Shown: positions 37,224-49,691, counted from the first letter of the stretch. The stretch is DNA of 64,000 nucleotides from Bacteroidales bacterium (GCA_963678785.1 OY787449.1:768704-832703), one strand, 5' to 3'. Numbers and translations: made by a program. Notes: generated by a model from the sequence alone, not told the origin.

Positions 37224-38230
37224 AACATTTCCTCCTTCTCTTCTTTAAAATTCATTTCATCCGCTCTTACTTTTACTATTATGCTTCTTAAACTATTGTA
37301 GTCAATATCATTTGCTGATACCATTTTTATGATTTTAGCATGAATTGGTTTCAGGATTTTATTTACAACTTCTGTTTTTGTAATATTTAATAATGCTTCT
37401 TGAATTCGGTTATTCAATTCATCATCAAGACTATTTGCTGAAACGAATAAATGTTCTGGTGAAGGTGGTGATACAGCAATCACTTTTAAACCTTTATCTT
37501 TATAAACAGCATAAGTATTTTCGCAAACTGCGCCAGCATTTATATTACCTGATAAAATATTAAGGCATACATTGCTGTTACTTCCTACAACTTTTAAATG
37601 CTCCTTAGGAAACCTTACTCCAGCCTCAATAAACATATAACGAGGTATTATATAGCTCATGGTTGAAATTAAACTGCTTGAAGCAAAACTTTTATCCTTT
37701 AAGTCAGCAATACATTCTGCAGGATTATCAGATCGCGTTATGATATACCCACCAAACTCATGCTTTTCATTGGTGCTGATGTTACTAAGTAATCTTTTTG
37801 CACCAAACCTTTCTACCATAATTACATAGGCCGCAGGCCCCATATAAGCCAAATCTACTCGATCACTTCCTATCTGTTCAATATGTTCCTCATATGTCTT
37901 AGATATGCTTAGTGCGAATGGTCTTCCAACTTTTTCGGTTAAATAATCGATTAGGGGCTGGTAATTGCGTGCCAGTTCTATTGGGGAATTATAAGAGTGT
38001 ACAGCCAGGATAATGGGTTGCTTGGTATCCTTTACCTTATCTTCAACTTTTATAATTCTAAAAGCATGTTTGTATAAACTTTGATTAAATGAAATAATGG
38101 CCATCAGACCAATCACCACAACAATCATGAATAAAAACAAATTCCGCCTTTTATTGAAAAAACCCTTTGTTTTATTATATCTCATTTTAGGACAATTTCT
38201 ATCATCTACAATAAAATCGTCACATCGCAT
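37220..38230 (-). CDS. PhnD-like (phosphonate/phosphite ABC-type) periplasmic substrate-binding domain protein
   Basis: 336-aa ORF (the true start is possibly an internal Met). N-terminal TM/signal anchor. PhnD-like pattern ILAVHSYNSP...YQPLIDYLTEKVGRPF...RVDLAYMGPAAYV. No ABC permease or ATPase genes adjacent. Confidence 0.65.
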   Translation of the reverse strand: MRCDDFIVDDRNCPKMRYNKTKGFFNKRRNLFLFMIVVVIGLMAIISFNQSLYKHAFRIIKVEDKVKDTKQPIILAVHSYNSPIELARNYQPLIDYLTEKVGRPFALSISKTYEEHIEQIGSDRVDLAYMGPAAYVIMVERFGAKRLLSNISTNEKHEFGGYIITRSDNPAECIADLKDKSFASSSLISTMSYIIPRYMFIEAGVRFPKEHLKVVGSNSNVCLNILSGNINAGAVCENTYAVYKDKGLKVIAVSPPSPEHLFVSANSLDDELNNRIQEALLNITKTEVVNKILKPIHAKIIKMVSANDIDYNSLRSIIVKVRADEMNFKEEKEEML

Positions 38231-38584
38231 ACTCCATAAACAATATGACTATTTGAGTCTATTGCACCCAATATCAAACGCTTGCCCTCTTTATCTCAAC
38301 ACTTTCCACTAAAAAAATGCGAAAGATCATTGTCAGCAAAACTCCATTTTTGTATGAATCTGAAATTTAAACAATTGATCCTTAATTAATATAGGTAAAT
38401 TACCTAAATAATTCTATTTCTGCGAACTGGAGAATAAGTATGAAGATAATAATTCACAAATGCTCCAAAATATTACAATAATTTCGCCGTTAATTGTTAA
38501 AACTTGTATGTTAATAAATTAGTTTTGTAGTCGAAGCAGCAAGAATCATATTATTTACCTTTATTTGGTACAAAATTTTTTATC

Positions 38585-41500
38585 ATGAACAACGTTTGGA
38601 AATTCTTAATAATTTTCATTTTTCTGATTAATCTAAGCCCATTATCCGCCCAAAAATCGGGACTTAATCAGGATATTGAATCATCATACAAAACTGCAGT
38701 TGACCTCTTTCAAAAAGAAAAATATGGGGCTGCTCAGGCTATTTTTGAGAAAATCATTAATGAGAGTTCAGATAAAGATCAATCAATGGTGGTAGATGCT
38801 ACTTATTATGATGCCATTTGCGCCCTTGAACTTAAGCACAAAAACACCGAATTTAAATTAAAAAACTTCATCAACAAATATCCCACCAGTTCAAAAATTA
38901 AAAGAATATATTTTCAACTTGGAAAATATCAATTCAATAAAAAAACTTACCGAAAATCGCTTCAGTCTTTCCAAAAAGTTGACCGCAATGATCTAACCAG
39001 AAATGAATTGGACGAATACAATTTCAAAATCGGGTATTGTTATCTAAAGCTAAAGGATGAAAAAAATGCACGCTTTGCATTTGATAAAGTGATCAGTTCA
39101 AATTCAATTTATACGCCCCCTTCAAAATATTATGTAGCTCATTTAACTTATCTTGAAAAAGATTATTTAACAGCATTGCCCATTTTCGAAAGCCTGAAAA
39201 AAGATCGCTCCTATAAAAACATTGTACCTTTTTATCTATTGCAAATCTATTATTATCAAAAGAAATTTGACAAAATATTAGCTGATGGACCCGAATTATA
39301 CAAAACGGCAAAAAACAATTTAAAAGCTGATATGGCCAAACTACTTGGAGGGGTATATTATCAAACTGCTGATTTTGCTTCTGCCCTTACCTATTTTGAA
39401 AACTATGAACGATTTTCACGAAAGAAGCTTGAGCGGCAAACCGCCTACCAGATGGCCTTCAGTTATTTAAAAGTAAAAAGATATAAAGATGCCATCAGGT
39501 ATTTTCAAGATGCCATTTTACAAAGAGATGAACTGGCTCAAAATGCCTATTACAACCTGGGGTTATGCTATCTTGAAACCGACCAGAAGAAGTTTGCAAG
39601 CAATGCACTTTTGTCTGCTTCAAAAATGGATTATAACTTAGAGATTAAAGAGGAAGCTCTTTTTAGTTATGCCAAATTAAGCATTGAACTTTCTCACGAC
39701 CCCTATAACAATGCCATCAATTCATTAGAGCAATATTTAATAACTTATCCGAATTCAGACAGAAAAGATGAGGCTAATAATTATTTGGTACAATTATATG
39801 TATCCACCAAAAATTATAAAGCAGCATTAAGTTCAATGGATCAATTAAAATCGAAAGATCCAACTTTTATGGAGTCCTATCAAAAGATTTATTATTACAG
39901 TGCAATTCAGCTCTTTAATGATAAAAAATATGATGAGTCTATTGATTTATTTAAAAAAACCATTGAGAATCCTTTCAATAAAAATATTGCAAGTGTTTCG
40001 AATTATTGGATAGGTGAAGCCTTTTACCGGCTTCAAAACTTTTGGGGTGCCAATAAATATTATAATGAATTTTTAAGAGACAAAGATGCGCGTGAATCGG
40101 AATATTATGGTGTTACAAAATACAATCTTGCTTACATCCATTTTAATAAAAAAGAATATGATCAGGCCATCAATTACTTTAAAGATTTTTTAGTTTCAAA
40201 CAGAAATTACGACATCCGTTTTATCAACGATGCCAACCTCCGAATCGGGGATTGCTATTATATCACAAAAAGATACAGAGATGCTGTTAAAAGTTATGAT
40301 GCAGCATCCAAACTCAAACAAGCGTCGAGCGATTATGCCATTTTTCATAAAGCTTTAGCTTACGGCGCCATGAGTAGATATAGCGAAAAAATTTCAACCT
40401 TAAGTCATTTAATCAGCATCAACCGAAACTCTTCATATTATGATGATGCACTTTATGAGCTGGGTACCACTTTTCTGATCCGCAATGATAACAAGGGTGC
40501 GCTTCAATATTTTAATAAGTTGGTTCAGGAAAAACCCAGAAGCAGTTTTTCGAAAAAAGCCTTGCTTCGAAGTGGTCTTATCTATTATAATGACAATAAA
40601 AATTCGGCGGCCATCACAGCACTTAAAAAAGTAATCTCAGATTATTCGGGTACAGCCGAATCAATTGAAGCTTTGGCCAGTTTAAAAAACATTTACATCG
40701 ACATGAATAATGTGGATGAATATTTCAGATTTTCAAACAGTATGGGAATTACATCTGTACAACCATCCGAACAAGATTCACTCTCCTATTCCATTGCAGA
40801 AAATCAATACATGGAAGCAAATTACGCTGAAGCAAGCAGGCTGTTCAAAAGATATCTGAACAATTATCCTCAGGGCAACTATTTAGTAAATGCCAATTAT
40901 TATTTGGCCGAATGTGAATTTCGGAACGAAAATTTTTCAGAAGCTTTAAAAGGCTATGAGTTCATCATTGAACGACCTGCCATGAGGTTTACAGAAGATG
41001 CTTTACGGAAAGCTTCCCGCATCAATTACAATTTAAAAAATTACGCCCAGGCACTAAAAAACTATGATTTATTGGCAGAGTTAGCCGAAAGCAAAGAAAG
41101 TCGACTAGAAGCACTGGAAGGCCAGATGCGCTGCAATTTTTTATTAAAGAACTACCCTCTGAGCATCAATGCTGCAAACGGCGTTTTAAAAAGTGACAAG
41201 GTAAGCAGCGATCAAATCAATGAAGCCCATTTTTTACTTGCTCAATCTTATTATGCTTATGAGCAACTGGGAAAAGCTTTAGAGCAATTCAAAATATCTG
41301 AGCAATTGGCCGAAAACGAAATTGGGGCCGAATCAAAATTTATGATTGCCCAGATTAACTACCAGCAGAAAAATTATCAGGAGTCTGAAAAAGTGATCAT
41401 GGAGTTATCCAATAATTATGCTTATTACGATTTCTGGGTAGCCAAAGGATTTATTTTACTATCAGATGTTTATATTGCCTTGGACAATACTTTTCAAGCA

Positions 41501-41602
41501 AAGCAAACCCTAATGAGTATTATTGAGAATTATGAGGGCCAGGATCTGGTAGAAATTGCTCAACAAAAATTAAAGAACATTAACGAACAGGAAAATATTT
41601 AA
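38585..41602 (+). CDS. Large secreted tetratricopeptide-repeat (TPR) protein
   Basis: 1005 aa, signal peptide ...LSPLSAQ. TPR-like A/Y/L periodicity throughout (e.g. AxxYxxxGxxYYxxxxYxxA blocks). Confidence 0.7.
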   Translation: MNNVWKFLIIFIFLINLSPLSAQKSGLNQDIESSYKTAVDLFQKEKYGAAQAIFEKIINESSDKDQSMVVDATYYDAICALELKHKNTEFKLKNFINKYPTSSKIKRIYFQLGKYQFNKKTYRKSLQSFQKVDRNDLTRNELDEYNFKIGYCYLKLKDEKNARFAFDKVISSNSIYTPPSKYYVAHLTYLEKDYLTALPIFESLKKDRSYKNIVPFYLLQIYYYQKKFDKILADGPELYKTAKNNLKADMAKLLGGVYYQTADFASALTYFENYERFSRKKLERQTAYQMAFSYLKVKRYKDAIRYFQDAILQRDELAQNAYYNLGLCYLETDQKKFASNALLSASKMDYNLEIKEEALFSYAKLSIELSHDPYNNAINSLEQYLITYPNSDRKDEANNYLVQLYVSTKNYKAALSSMDQLKSKDPTFMESYQKIYYYSAIQLFNDKKYDESIDLFKKTIENPFNKNIASVSNYWIGEAFYRLQNFWGANKYYNEFLRDKDARESEYYGVTKYNLAYIHFNKKEYDQAINYFKDFLVSNRNYDIRFINDANLRIGDCYYITKRYRDAVKSYDAASKLKQASSDYAIFHKALAYGAMSRYSEKISTLSHLISINRNSSYYDDALYELGTTFLIRNDNKGALQYFNKLVQEKPRSSFSKKALLRSGLIYYNDNKNSAAITALKKVISDYSGTAESIEALASLKNIYIDMNNVDEYFRFSNSMGITSVQPSEQDSLSYSIAENQYMEANYAEASRLFKRYLNNYPQGNYLVNANYYLAECEFRNENFSEALKGYEFIIERPAMRFTEDALRKASRINYNLKNYAQALKNYDLLAELAESKESRLEALEGQMRCNFLLKNYPLSINAANGVLKSDKVSSDQINEAHFLLAQSYYAYEQLGKALEQFKISEQLAENEIGAESKFMIAQINYQQKNYQESEKVIMELSNNYAYYDFWVAKGFILLSDVYIALDNTFQAKQTLMSIIENYEGQDLVEIAQQKLKNINEQENI

Positions 41603-41605
41603 ACA

Positions 41606-43303
41606 ATGCCATCAACCCCATTGATCAAAAAACTAGGATTCATCTTTATTTGTCTCCAGTTCATCGCCATTTCATCAGTACAATTGCAGGCACAAACAAC
41701 CAAACACACTGAAGAGATTACCATTGTTGGGGCCTTCGATCCCAAAATATCCAATGCCTTTAAAATTAATCTAAACCCAAAAGTTAAGGATGATCAAATT
41801 GGCTTGCCTGCATTAAGTTATTTTCTGAATCCCATTCAACTCTCCACCTGGTTTGACCTTGATCCAATTAAACCAGCAAATATTAGAGGAGAGCAGCTTT
41901 CTCAGCTTTACAAAAATTTCATCAAGGCAGGATATGGAAATTTCACCACACCATACCTCGAATTTTTCGCCTCAAATTTACGTTCAGATGACTTTGCTTT
42001 GGGTGTTCATGTTAAACACCAATCCTCAGCTGGCAAAATCAAGTACTATCCTAAAAGCGCCTATAGCAAGAATTTAGCAGAGGTCTTCGGAAAGAAATTT
42101 TATAAAAATCACACCTTGAGCGGAAGAGTTGTTTATGATCACCAAATCCTGCATCGTTACGGATATGATCCCATACTTTTTGTGACTGATCCACTGCCGG
42201 ATGAAGCCATAAAACAGCAATATCAAATGGCAGGAGCCAATGTTTTATACAATAGTAATTTCATTGAAACAGGAAAAGTAAATCATTCATTCGGATTGAA
42301 TTATTATTTCTTAAAAGACATCAACCAGACCGCTGAACACAATGTGAATTTTATCAGTCGTTTCGATAATACTTTTAATTTTTCAAACCTCACAGAGGAA
42401 CAAAAACTAGGCTTGGTTGTGAGTGCAGATTATTATAATTATTCTGACACACTGAACAATGAGAACAAGGTTTTAATAAGCGTAAAACCCTACATTCAAA
42501 CAGAGCTTGAACAGTATCAGTTTTATGCAGGCATCAATGCCATGGCCGAAATTGACACCAGCTCAACCTTTCACATCTATCCGGAAGTTAAGGCCGGAGT
42601 AGAAATTGTGCCAAAGTCTTTTATTGCAAGTGTTGGAATTACCGGAGGTTTCACAAAAAACAGTTTTAACAAACTAAGGAATGAAAATCCATACATGAAT
42701 TCGGTGATTCCGCAAACTTACCAGAATAATAAATTTGAGGTCTATGGGCAACTGAAAGGTAAAATAATACAAGGATTCGACTTTGATGTCACTTTGTCTA
42801 ATTCAACCATTAGCAATATGCCATTTTTCGTGAACGATAGCTCCACAAAATATGCCAATACTTTTGAGGTAGTTTTTGATGATGTAACCCTTTTGCATGC
42901 TCGATTCACCTTCAGTTATCAATCTAAGGAGTCCATCAAAGTACTTTTTAAAGCTAACTACTATGATTACACCATGACCACAGAATTCAGGCCATGGCAT
43001 AAGCCGGAGTACGACCTTAGTCTTTCTGCAAAATTTGCCATACGCGATATCATTTTTATCCGAGGAGAAATTACCAATTATGGTAAGAGTTTTGCCAAGA
43101 CTTATTCCACCTCCGGACTATCCATAAAATCTGAACCTATGGACAGTTGGACAGACATAAATTTAGGGATTGAGTACCGATACACTAAAAATCTTTCAAT
43201 ATTTGCTGATTTCTACAATCTTGGCAACACTTCTTATATGCGATGGTATAATTATCCGGTGCAGAAATTTAGCATTATTGGCGGTTTAAGCTACTCATTT
43301 TAG
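41606..43303 (+). CDS. Putative outer-membrane beta-barrel (Bacteroidota 'putative porin' type)
   Basis: 565 aa, signal peptide ending QLQAQ. Alternating beta-strand pattern. C-terminal GGLSYSF with terminal Phe. The start is 3 nt after the TPR gene stop. Confidence 0.55.
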   Translation: MPSTPLIKKLGFIFICLQFIAISSVQLQAQTTKHTEEITIVGAFDPKISNAFKINLNPKVKDDQIGLPALSYFLNPIQLSTWFDLDPIKPANIRGEQLSQLYKNFIKAGYGNFTTPYLEFFASNLRSDDFALGVHVKHQSSAGKIKYYPKSAYSKNLAEVFGKKFYKNHTLSGRVVYDHQILHRYGYDPILFVTDPLPDEAIKQQYQMAGANVLYNSNFIETGKVNHSFGLNYYFLKDINQTAEHNVNFISRFDNTFNFSNLTEEQKLGLVVSADYYNYSDTLNNENKVLISVKPYIQTELEQYQFYAGINAMAEIDTSSTFHIYPEVKAGVEIVPKSFIASVGITGGFTKNSFNKLRNENPYMNSVIPQTYQNNKFEVYGQLKGKIIQGFDFDVTLSNSTISNMPFFVNDSSTKYANTFEVVFDDVTLLHARFTFSYQSKESIKVLFKANYYDYTMTTEFRPWHKPEYDLSLSAKFAIRDIIFIRGEITNYGKSFAKTYSTSGLSIKSEPMDSWTDINLGIEYRYTKNLSIFADFYNLGNTSYMRWYNYPVQKFSIIGGLSYSF

Positions 43304-43407
43304 GCAAGATATAACACCTTTTACTTCAACGCTTTTTCAGCTAAATACAGGACCACTTTTTTCAACGAATTCTTGTTAAAAAAAACAAGCATTTTCGCTC
43401 CATTTAA

Positions 43408-45438
<2,031 letters not shown>

Positions 45439-45481
45439 AATATAATGTAGCTGTCTGAAAAGATTAAATTATTCTATGTTG

Positions 45482-45552
45482 CGTCATTCCGGACTTGTTC
45501 CGGAATCTAAAATTCAGTCATTTACAGATTCTGAAGTAAATTCAGAATGACG
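45482..45552. repeat. Double-hairpin REP-like intergenic repeat, copy C
   Basis: cgtcATTCCGGActtgtTCCGGAATctaaaattcagtcatttacagATTCTGAAgtaaaTTCAGAATgacg. Confidence 0.75.
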
Positions 45553-45588
45553 GATTAGACACTTTCTAGACAGCTCCTTTTTATTATA

Positions 45589-46269
45589 CTACATTGACAA
45601 CCCCCGATTGATAAATTTAACCATCGGACTCATTTGTTTAAACAATTTCAAAACATAAGATTCAAAATCTGCTTTCATGCATTGTGCATTCGAAACATGA
45701 TGAATAAAACCGTAAGACTTAAATTTTAGCAATTCGATGTCCGGAAAATCAGCTGGGAAATCTTTGGGGGGACGAATCAGTTTATCACCACTAATTTCTT
45801 TAAAATATTTAATGTTTTTCGGATCATTAATGATGCCTTTAAATTCATCAATATTGTAATAAATTTCCTGTCGCACTTTTTTAAGCATGGGACCTGGTGG
45901 CATATAAACTCCACCCACAATAAACGAATTATGATTTTCAATATGTAGGTAATACCCAGCATTTCCTGTACTTTTTCCGCCCTTCACCATAAAGCCGCCA
46001 AAGTTTAATTTATAAGGCGATTTATCCTTAGAAAAACGAACATCACGATAAATTCGGAACATACATTTTTTAGCTTCTAAATTCTTTACATCTTCATCTA
46101 TTTCTCCAACTTTAGGGATTAAATTTTCCAAAACTTCAAGCATGTCTTTTTGAGCCGCAATAAACAAAGGCTTGTTTTCAGTGAACCATTCCCGATTATT
46201 GTTCTGAGCCAGATGCTCCAAAAAATCAAATACATTTTTCTTAATCATCACCTCTTCATTTTGATTCAA
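45589..46269 (-). CDS. DUF2461 (TIGR02453) family protein
   Basis: 226 aa. Characteristic NNNREWF...RIYRDVRFSKDKSPYK...GGYYLHI pattern. Confidence 0.75.
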   Translation of the reverse strand: MNQNEEVMIKKNVFDFLEHLAQNNNREWFTENKPLFIAAQKDMLEVLENLIPKVGEIDEDVKNLEAKKCMFRIYRDVRFSKDKSPYKLNFGGFMVKGGKSTGNAGYYLHIENHNSFIVGGVYMPPGPMLKKVRQEIYYNIDEFKGIINDPKNIKYFKEISGDKLIRPPKDFPADFPDIELLKFKSYGFIHHVSNAQCMKADFESYVLKLFKQMSPMVKFINRGLSM

Positions 46270-46376
46270 TGTAAAAATAAAAAAATAAAACTCAAACCTT
46301 CAAATATTCAACATCAATTCAAAACTTACTGAGACAAAATCTCAATTCGGGTATTAAAAGCAAAAGTGATATTTAC

Positions 46377-47198
46377 ATGAGAATCATCAAAGTAATAGCT
46401 CTCTATATTTTACTACTTCTAAAAACCAGCTCCGCTTCTGGCACTGACCTTTTCAATAACAGCAAAGGTAGCCAATCGGCCGCATTGGGATACACCGGAA
46501 TTTGCTTAAACAATGTTTGGTCGACCATGAATAATCAGGCTGGTTTGGCATCACTAAAAAAAATTACGGCAGGAATTTACATCGAAAACAAATTCCTCAT
46601 TCAGTCGCTCAACACCAAATCTCTTGCCTTTGCAATTCCAGCCTCATCCGGAACCTTTGGTGCTTCATTCATACAATTTGGCGAATCGGAATATAATGAA
46701 ACCAGTATTGGTTTATCTTATGGAATGACCTTATCGCCAAAATTTTCAGTGGGCATACAGCTGTTTCATTATGCCATAAATCAAACTCAGGAATTGGGTC
46801 ATGCAGGTGTTTTTAGCTTTCAGGGCGGTTTTATCTTTAAATACAATAATGAATTAAAAATTGCATTTCACATTTTCAATCCACAATTCATTGTAAAAAA
46901 CAACAACCAGCCCCAATTAGCTGAGATTGTCAAACTAGGACTACTTTACCAAATTTCAGAAAACCTAAACAGTTACCTCGAATTCCACAACCATTCAATT
47001 TATAAAAGTGGCATAAATTCCGGATTGGAATATTTGGGTCAAAATAATCTGGCCTTCAGAATTGGCTATTCTACAATTCATCATAAACTAACCTTTGGTG
47101 CAGGTTTTCGACTTCAAAAACTGCTCATCAACTTTGCTTCATCCATACATGATGTGCTCGGATACAGCCCACAAATCTCATTGACATATGAATTTTAA
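46377..47198 (+). CDS. Small outer-membrane beta-barrel protein (PorV/PorQ-like size and pattern; unassigned)
   Basis: 273 aa, signal peptide. Alternating hydrophobic beta-strand pattern. C-terminal ISLTYEF. Followed 2 nt later by the next gene. Confidence 0.5.
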   Translation: MRIIKVIALYILLLLKTSSASGTDLFNNSKGSQSAALGYTGICLNNVWSTMNNQAGLASLKKITAGIYIENKFLIQSLNTKSLAFAIPASSGTFGASFIQFGESEYNETSIGLSYGMTLSPKFSVGIQLFHYAINQTQELGHAGVFSFQGGFIFKYNNELKIAFHIFNPQFIVKNNNQPQLAEIVKLGLLYQISENLNSYLEFHNHSIYKSGINSGLEYLGQNNLAFRIGYSTIHHKLTFGAGFRLQKLLINFASSIHDVLGYSPQISLTYEF

Positions 47199-47200
47199 TT

Positions 47201-49300
47201 ATGAAAAGCCGCCATTTCATTTTCGTCACTTTGTTAATTTTCAGTTTCGCTAGAATTAGTGCACAAGAGCAAATCGAAGAAACCATCGAGAAAAAACTAG
47301 AGTCGATTGCCGAAAATACAGACGACAACATAGAATTGACAGAGCTTTATGAACAATTGCTAGAATTAACACACAACCCTATCAACATCAACGAATCCCG
47401 GGTTTCACTTTTAGTTGAAAATTACTTAATCAATGATTGGCAATATCGTTCACTAATGGAATATAAGAGAGTGGTCGGAAGGATTCAGTCGACTCAGGAA
47501 TTACAGTTTCTTGAAGGATTCAGTCGGGAGGTTCTTAATTCCTTAGAGCCATTCATTTATGCCGGAGAAACAAAGAAAAGCAAACAAAATTTGGGAGACT
47601 TGATCAAATACGGACGGCATCAACTTTATCTTCGCCATCAGCAAATTCTACAAAAAAAAGATGGCTATTCAACATTAGAAGAAGCAGATATACTCGATCA
47701 TCCATCGAAGTACTATTTTGGTTCACCCTCAAAATTTTATAGCAGGTATAAATTTAACAGTGGAAATAAGTTCACTGCCGGATTTGTTATTGAAAAAGAT
47801 GCGGGGGAACCCTTCTTCACAAAAAAGTATAAAAACATCTCGAATCAGCTGGATTTAAAAATCCCATCAATCGACTTTAGTAGTTTTCATTTCAGCTTAT
47901 CAAATACCGGAATTATACAAAAATTTGTCATGGGCGACTACCATCTGCAATTTGCACAAGGCTTAACTATGTGGTCGAATTTTGCCTTCAACAAATCTTC
48001 AAATACAACTTCGGTAAACAGAGCACCCAAAAATATTATTGCAAGTACTTCAAGCATTGAAAATAATTTCTTCAGAGGAGCTGCCCTTTCACTATCGAAG
48101 GGCTCCGTATCAGCCATCCTTTTCTATTCACTTAAAAATCGTGATGCCAATGTAATTGAACAAAACTCAAAAGGTGAAATCATTTCATTTAGCTCATTGC
48201 AAAATAGCGGTTTACACAGAACCATTAACGAACTTAAGGACAGAAATAAGCTGAGAGAGCAAGTTTATGGTTCAAGACTCACTCTTAATTTAATGTCAAT
48301 AAAACTGGGAAATACACTATACGTTTCAGAATACAACGCCATGTTTCTTCCTTCCAATCAGGCTTATAAAAAATTTGATTTCACAGGTACCCGTAATGTC
48401 TGCATGGGATTTGATTATCAATGGAATATAGGTTCACTGAATTTATTCGGAGAATATTCGATGAGTAAAAATAAGGGTTATGCCTATTTGATGGGATTGA
48501 ATTTTTATCTGGATTCTTATTCAAAGTTGAGTCTCATGAAACGGGATTATGAGGCTCAATATCAAAACTTGTATGCAAATGCTTTCGCAGAAAACTCATA
48601 TTCAAAAAATGAAAAGGGCCTATATTTAGGTTTTGACAGTTGGATTTTTCCAGGTTGGCAAATTCAAGCCTATCTCGATATTTTTAAATTTCCGTGGTTA
48701 AAAAGCAGCTCGGATGGCCCATCAAAAGGACTGGATTTTTTTCTTCAAATAAACCATAAACCCAGCGACAGTTTTCATGTATATTTAAAATACAAACGAA
48801 AGAACAAAGAACTTAATTCGTCAGTTCCGGCCTGGACCAGCAATCTGGTTAATGAAGTCAGAGAAAACATTCGAATGGATTTAAGCTACGATCTGAATCC
48901 CCGCATAAGATTAAGGAGCAGGGCTGAATGGGTAAATTTCAGCAATGATATTTCACAAAACAAACATGGGTTTTTAATCTTTCAACAAGTAACTTATTCT
49001 AGCACAAATCAAAGAGCCAAATTACATATCAGATTTACCAATTTTAATACGGATACTTATGATACCAGAATTTACACTTATGAAAATGACCTTTTGTATT
49101 CTTTCAGTATCCCTGCTTTTTACGATCAAGGGAATCATGCTTACTTACTCTTAAAATACACGATTAATTCTTCAATAAGCTGTTGGATGAAACTGGCTCA
49201 CACTTTTTACGCGAATAAGGAAACGATTGGATCAGGAACTGAAAAAATAAATGGATCGGGGAAATCAGAATTAAAACTCCAAATGAGGATTCAATTTTAG
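47201..49300 (+). CDS. Outer-membrane beta-barrel protein with N-terminal ComEA-like helix-hairpin-helix region
   Basis: 699 aa, signal peptide ARISAQ. The N-terminal ININESRVSLLVENYLINDWQYRSLMEYKRVVGRIQSTQELQFLEGFSREVLNSLEPFI resembles tandem HhH (ComEA-type). Barrel-like remainder ending LKLQMRIQF. Confidence 0.55.
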   Translation: MKSRHFIFVTLLIFSFARISAQEQIEETIEKKLESIAENTDDNIELTELYEQLLELTHNPININESRVSLLVENYLINDWQYRSLMEYKRVVGRIQSTQELQFLEGFSREVLNSLEPFIYAGETKKSKQNLGDLIKYGRHQLYLRHQQILQKKDGYSTLEEADILDHPSKYYFGSPSKFYSRYKFNSGNKFTAGFVIEKDAGEPFFTKKYKNISNQLDLKIPSIDFSSFHFSLSNTGIIQKFVMGDYHLQFAQGLTMWSNFAFNKSSNTTSVNRAPKNIIASTSSIENNFFRGAALSLSKGSVSAILFYSLKNRDANVIEQNSKGEIISFSSLQNSGLHRTINELKDRNKLREQVYGSRLTLNLMSIKLGNTLYVSEYNAMFLPSNQAYKKFDFTGTRNVCMGFDYQWNIGSLNLFGEYSMSKNKGYAYLMGLNFYLDSYSKLSLMKRDYEAQYQNLYANAFAENSYSKNEKGLYLGFDSWIFPGWQIQAYLDIFKFPWLKSSSDGPSKGLDFFLQINHKPSDSFHVYLKYKRKNKELNSSVPAWTSNLVNEVRENIRMDLSYDLNPRIRLRSRAEWVNFSNDISQNKHGFLIFQQVTYSSTNQRAKLHIRFTNFNTDTYDTRIYTYENDLLYSFSIPAFYDQGNHAYLLLKYTINSSISCWMKLAHTFYANKETIGSGTEKINGSGKSELKLQMRIQF

Positions 49301-49373
49301 GCTGCTTTTAAAACACCAAATCCCGAATCAGAAACTGATCCGGGTTTGATTTAAGTCTCTTTTAAATGAGGAA

Positions 49374-49691
49374 TTAGAGAATGGCTTCTAATTTATTTAC
49401 AAGCACTTGTTTTGGAACAGCTCCAACTTGTTTGTCAACAATTTCGCCATTTTTGAAGAATAAAATGGTAGGGATGTTTCTAATTCCAAATTTTCCAGAA
49501 ACACCTGGATTGCTGTCTACATCAACCTTACCAACAATTGCTTTGCCCTCATACTCGTTTCCAATTTCTTCAACAAGTGGACCAACCATTCTACATGGAC
49601 CGCACCAAACTGCCCAAAAATCAATTATCACAGGTTTATCTGCTTTTAAAACAATCTCTTCAAAATTCGCATCTGTAATTTCTAATGCCAT
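49374..49691 (-). CDS. trxA: Thioredoxin
   Basis: 105 aa with the WCGPC active site and a canonical thioredoxin fold pattern. Confidence 0.95.
   Translation of the reverse strand: MALEITDANFEEIVLKADKPVIIDFWAVWCGPCRMVGPLVEEIGNEYEGKAIVGKVDVDSNPGVSGKFGIRNIPTILFFKNGEIVDKQVGAVPKQVLVNKLEAIL

Noticed and set aside
38392-38406. Perfect 15-nt palindrome TAGGTAAATTACCTA in the divergent region between the PhnD-like/kinase operon and the TPR gene
   Set aside because: It is isolated with no repeat of the half-site nearby. It is more than 150 nt from either start, and I cannot link it to a regulator. It may deserve a look only if it is conserved in relatives.
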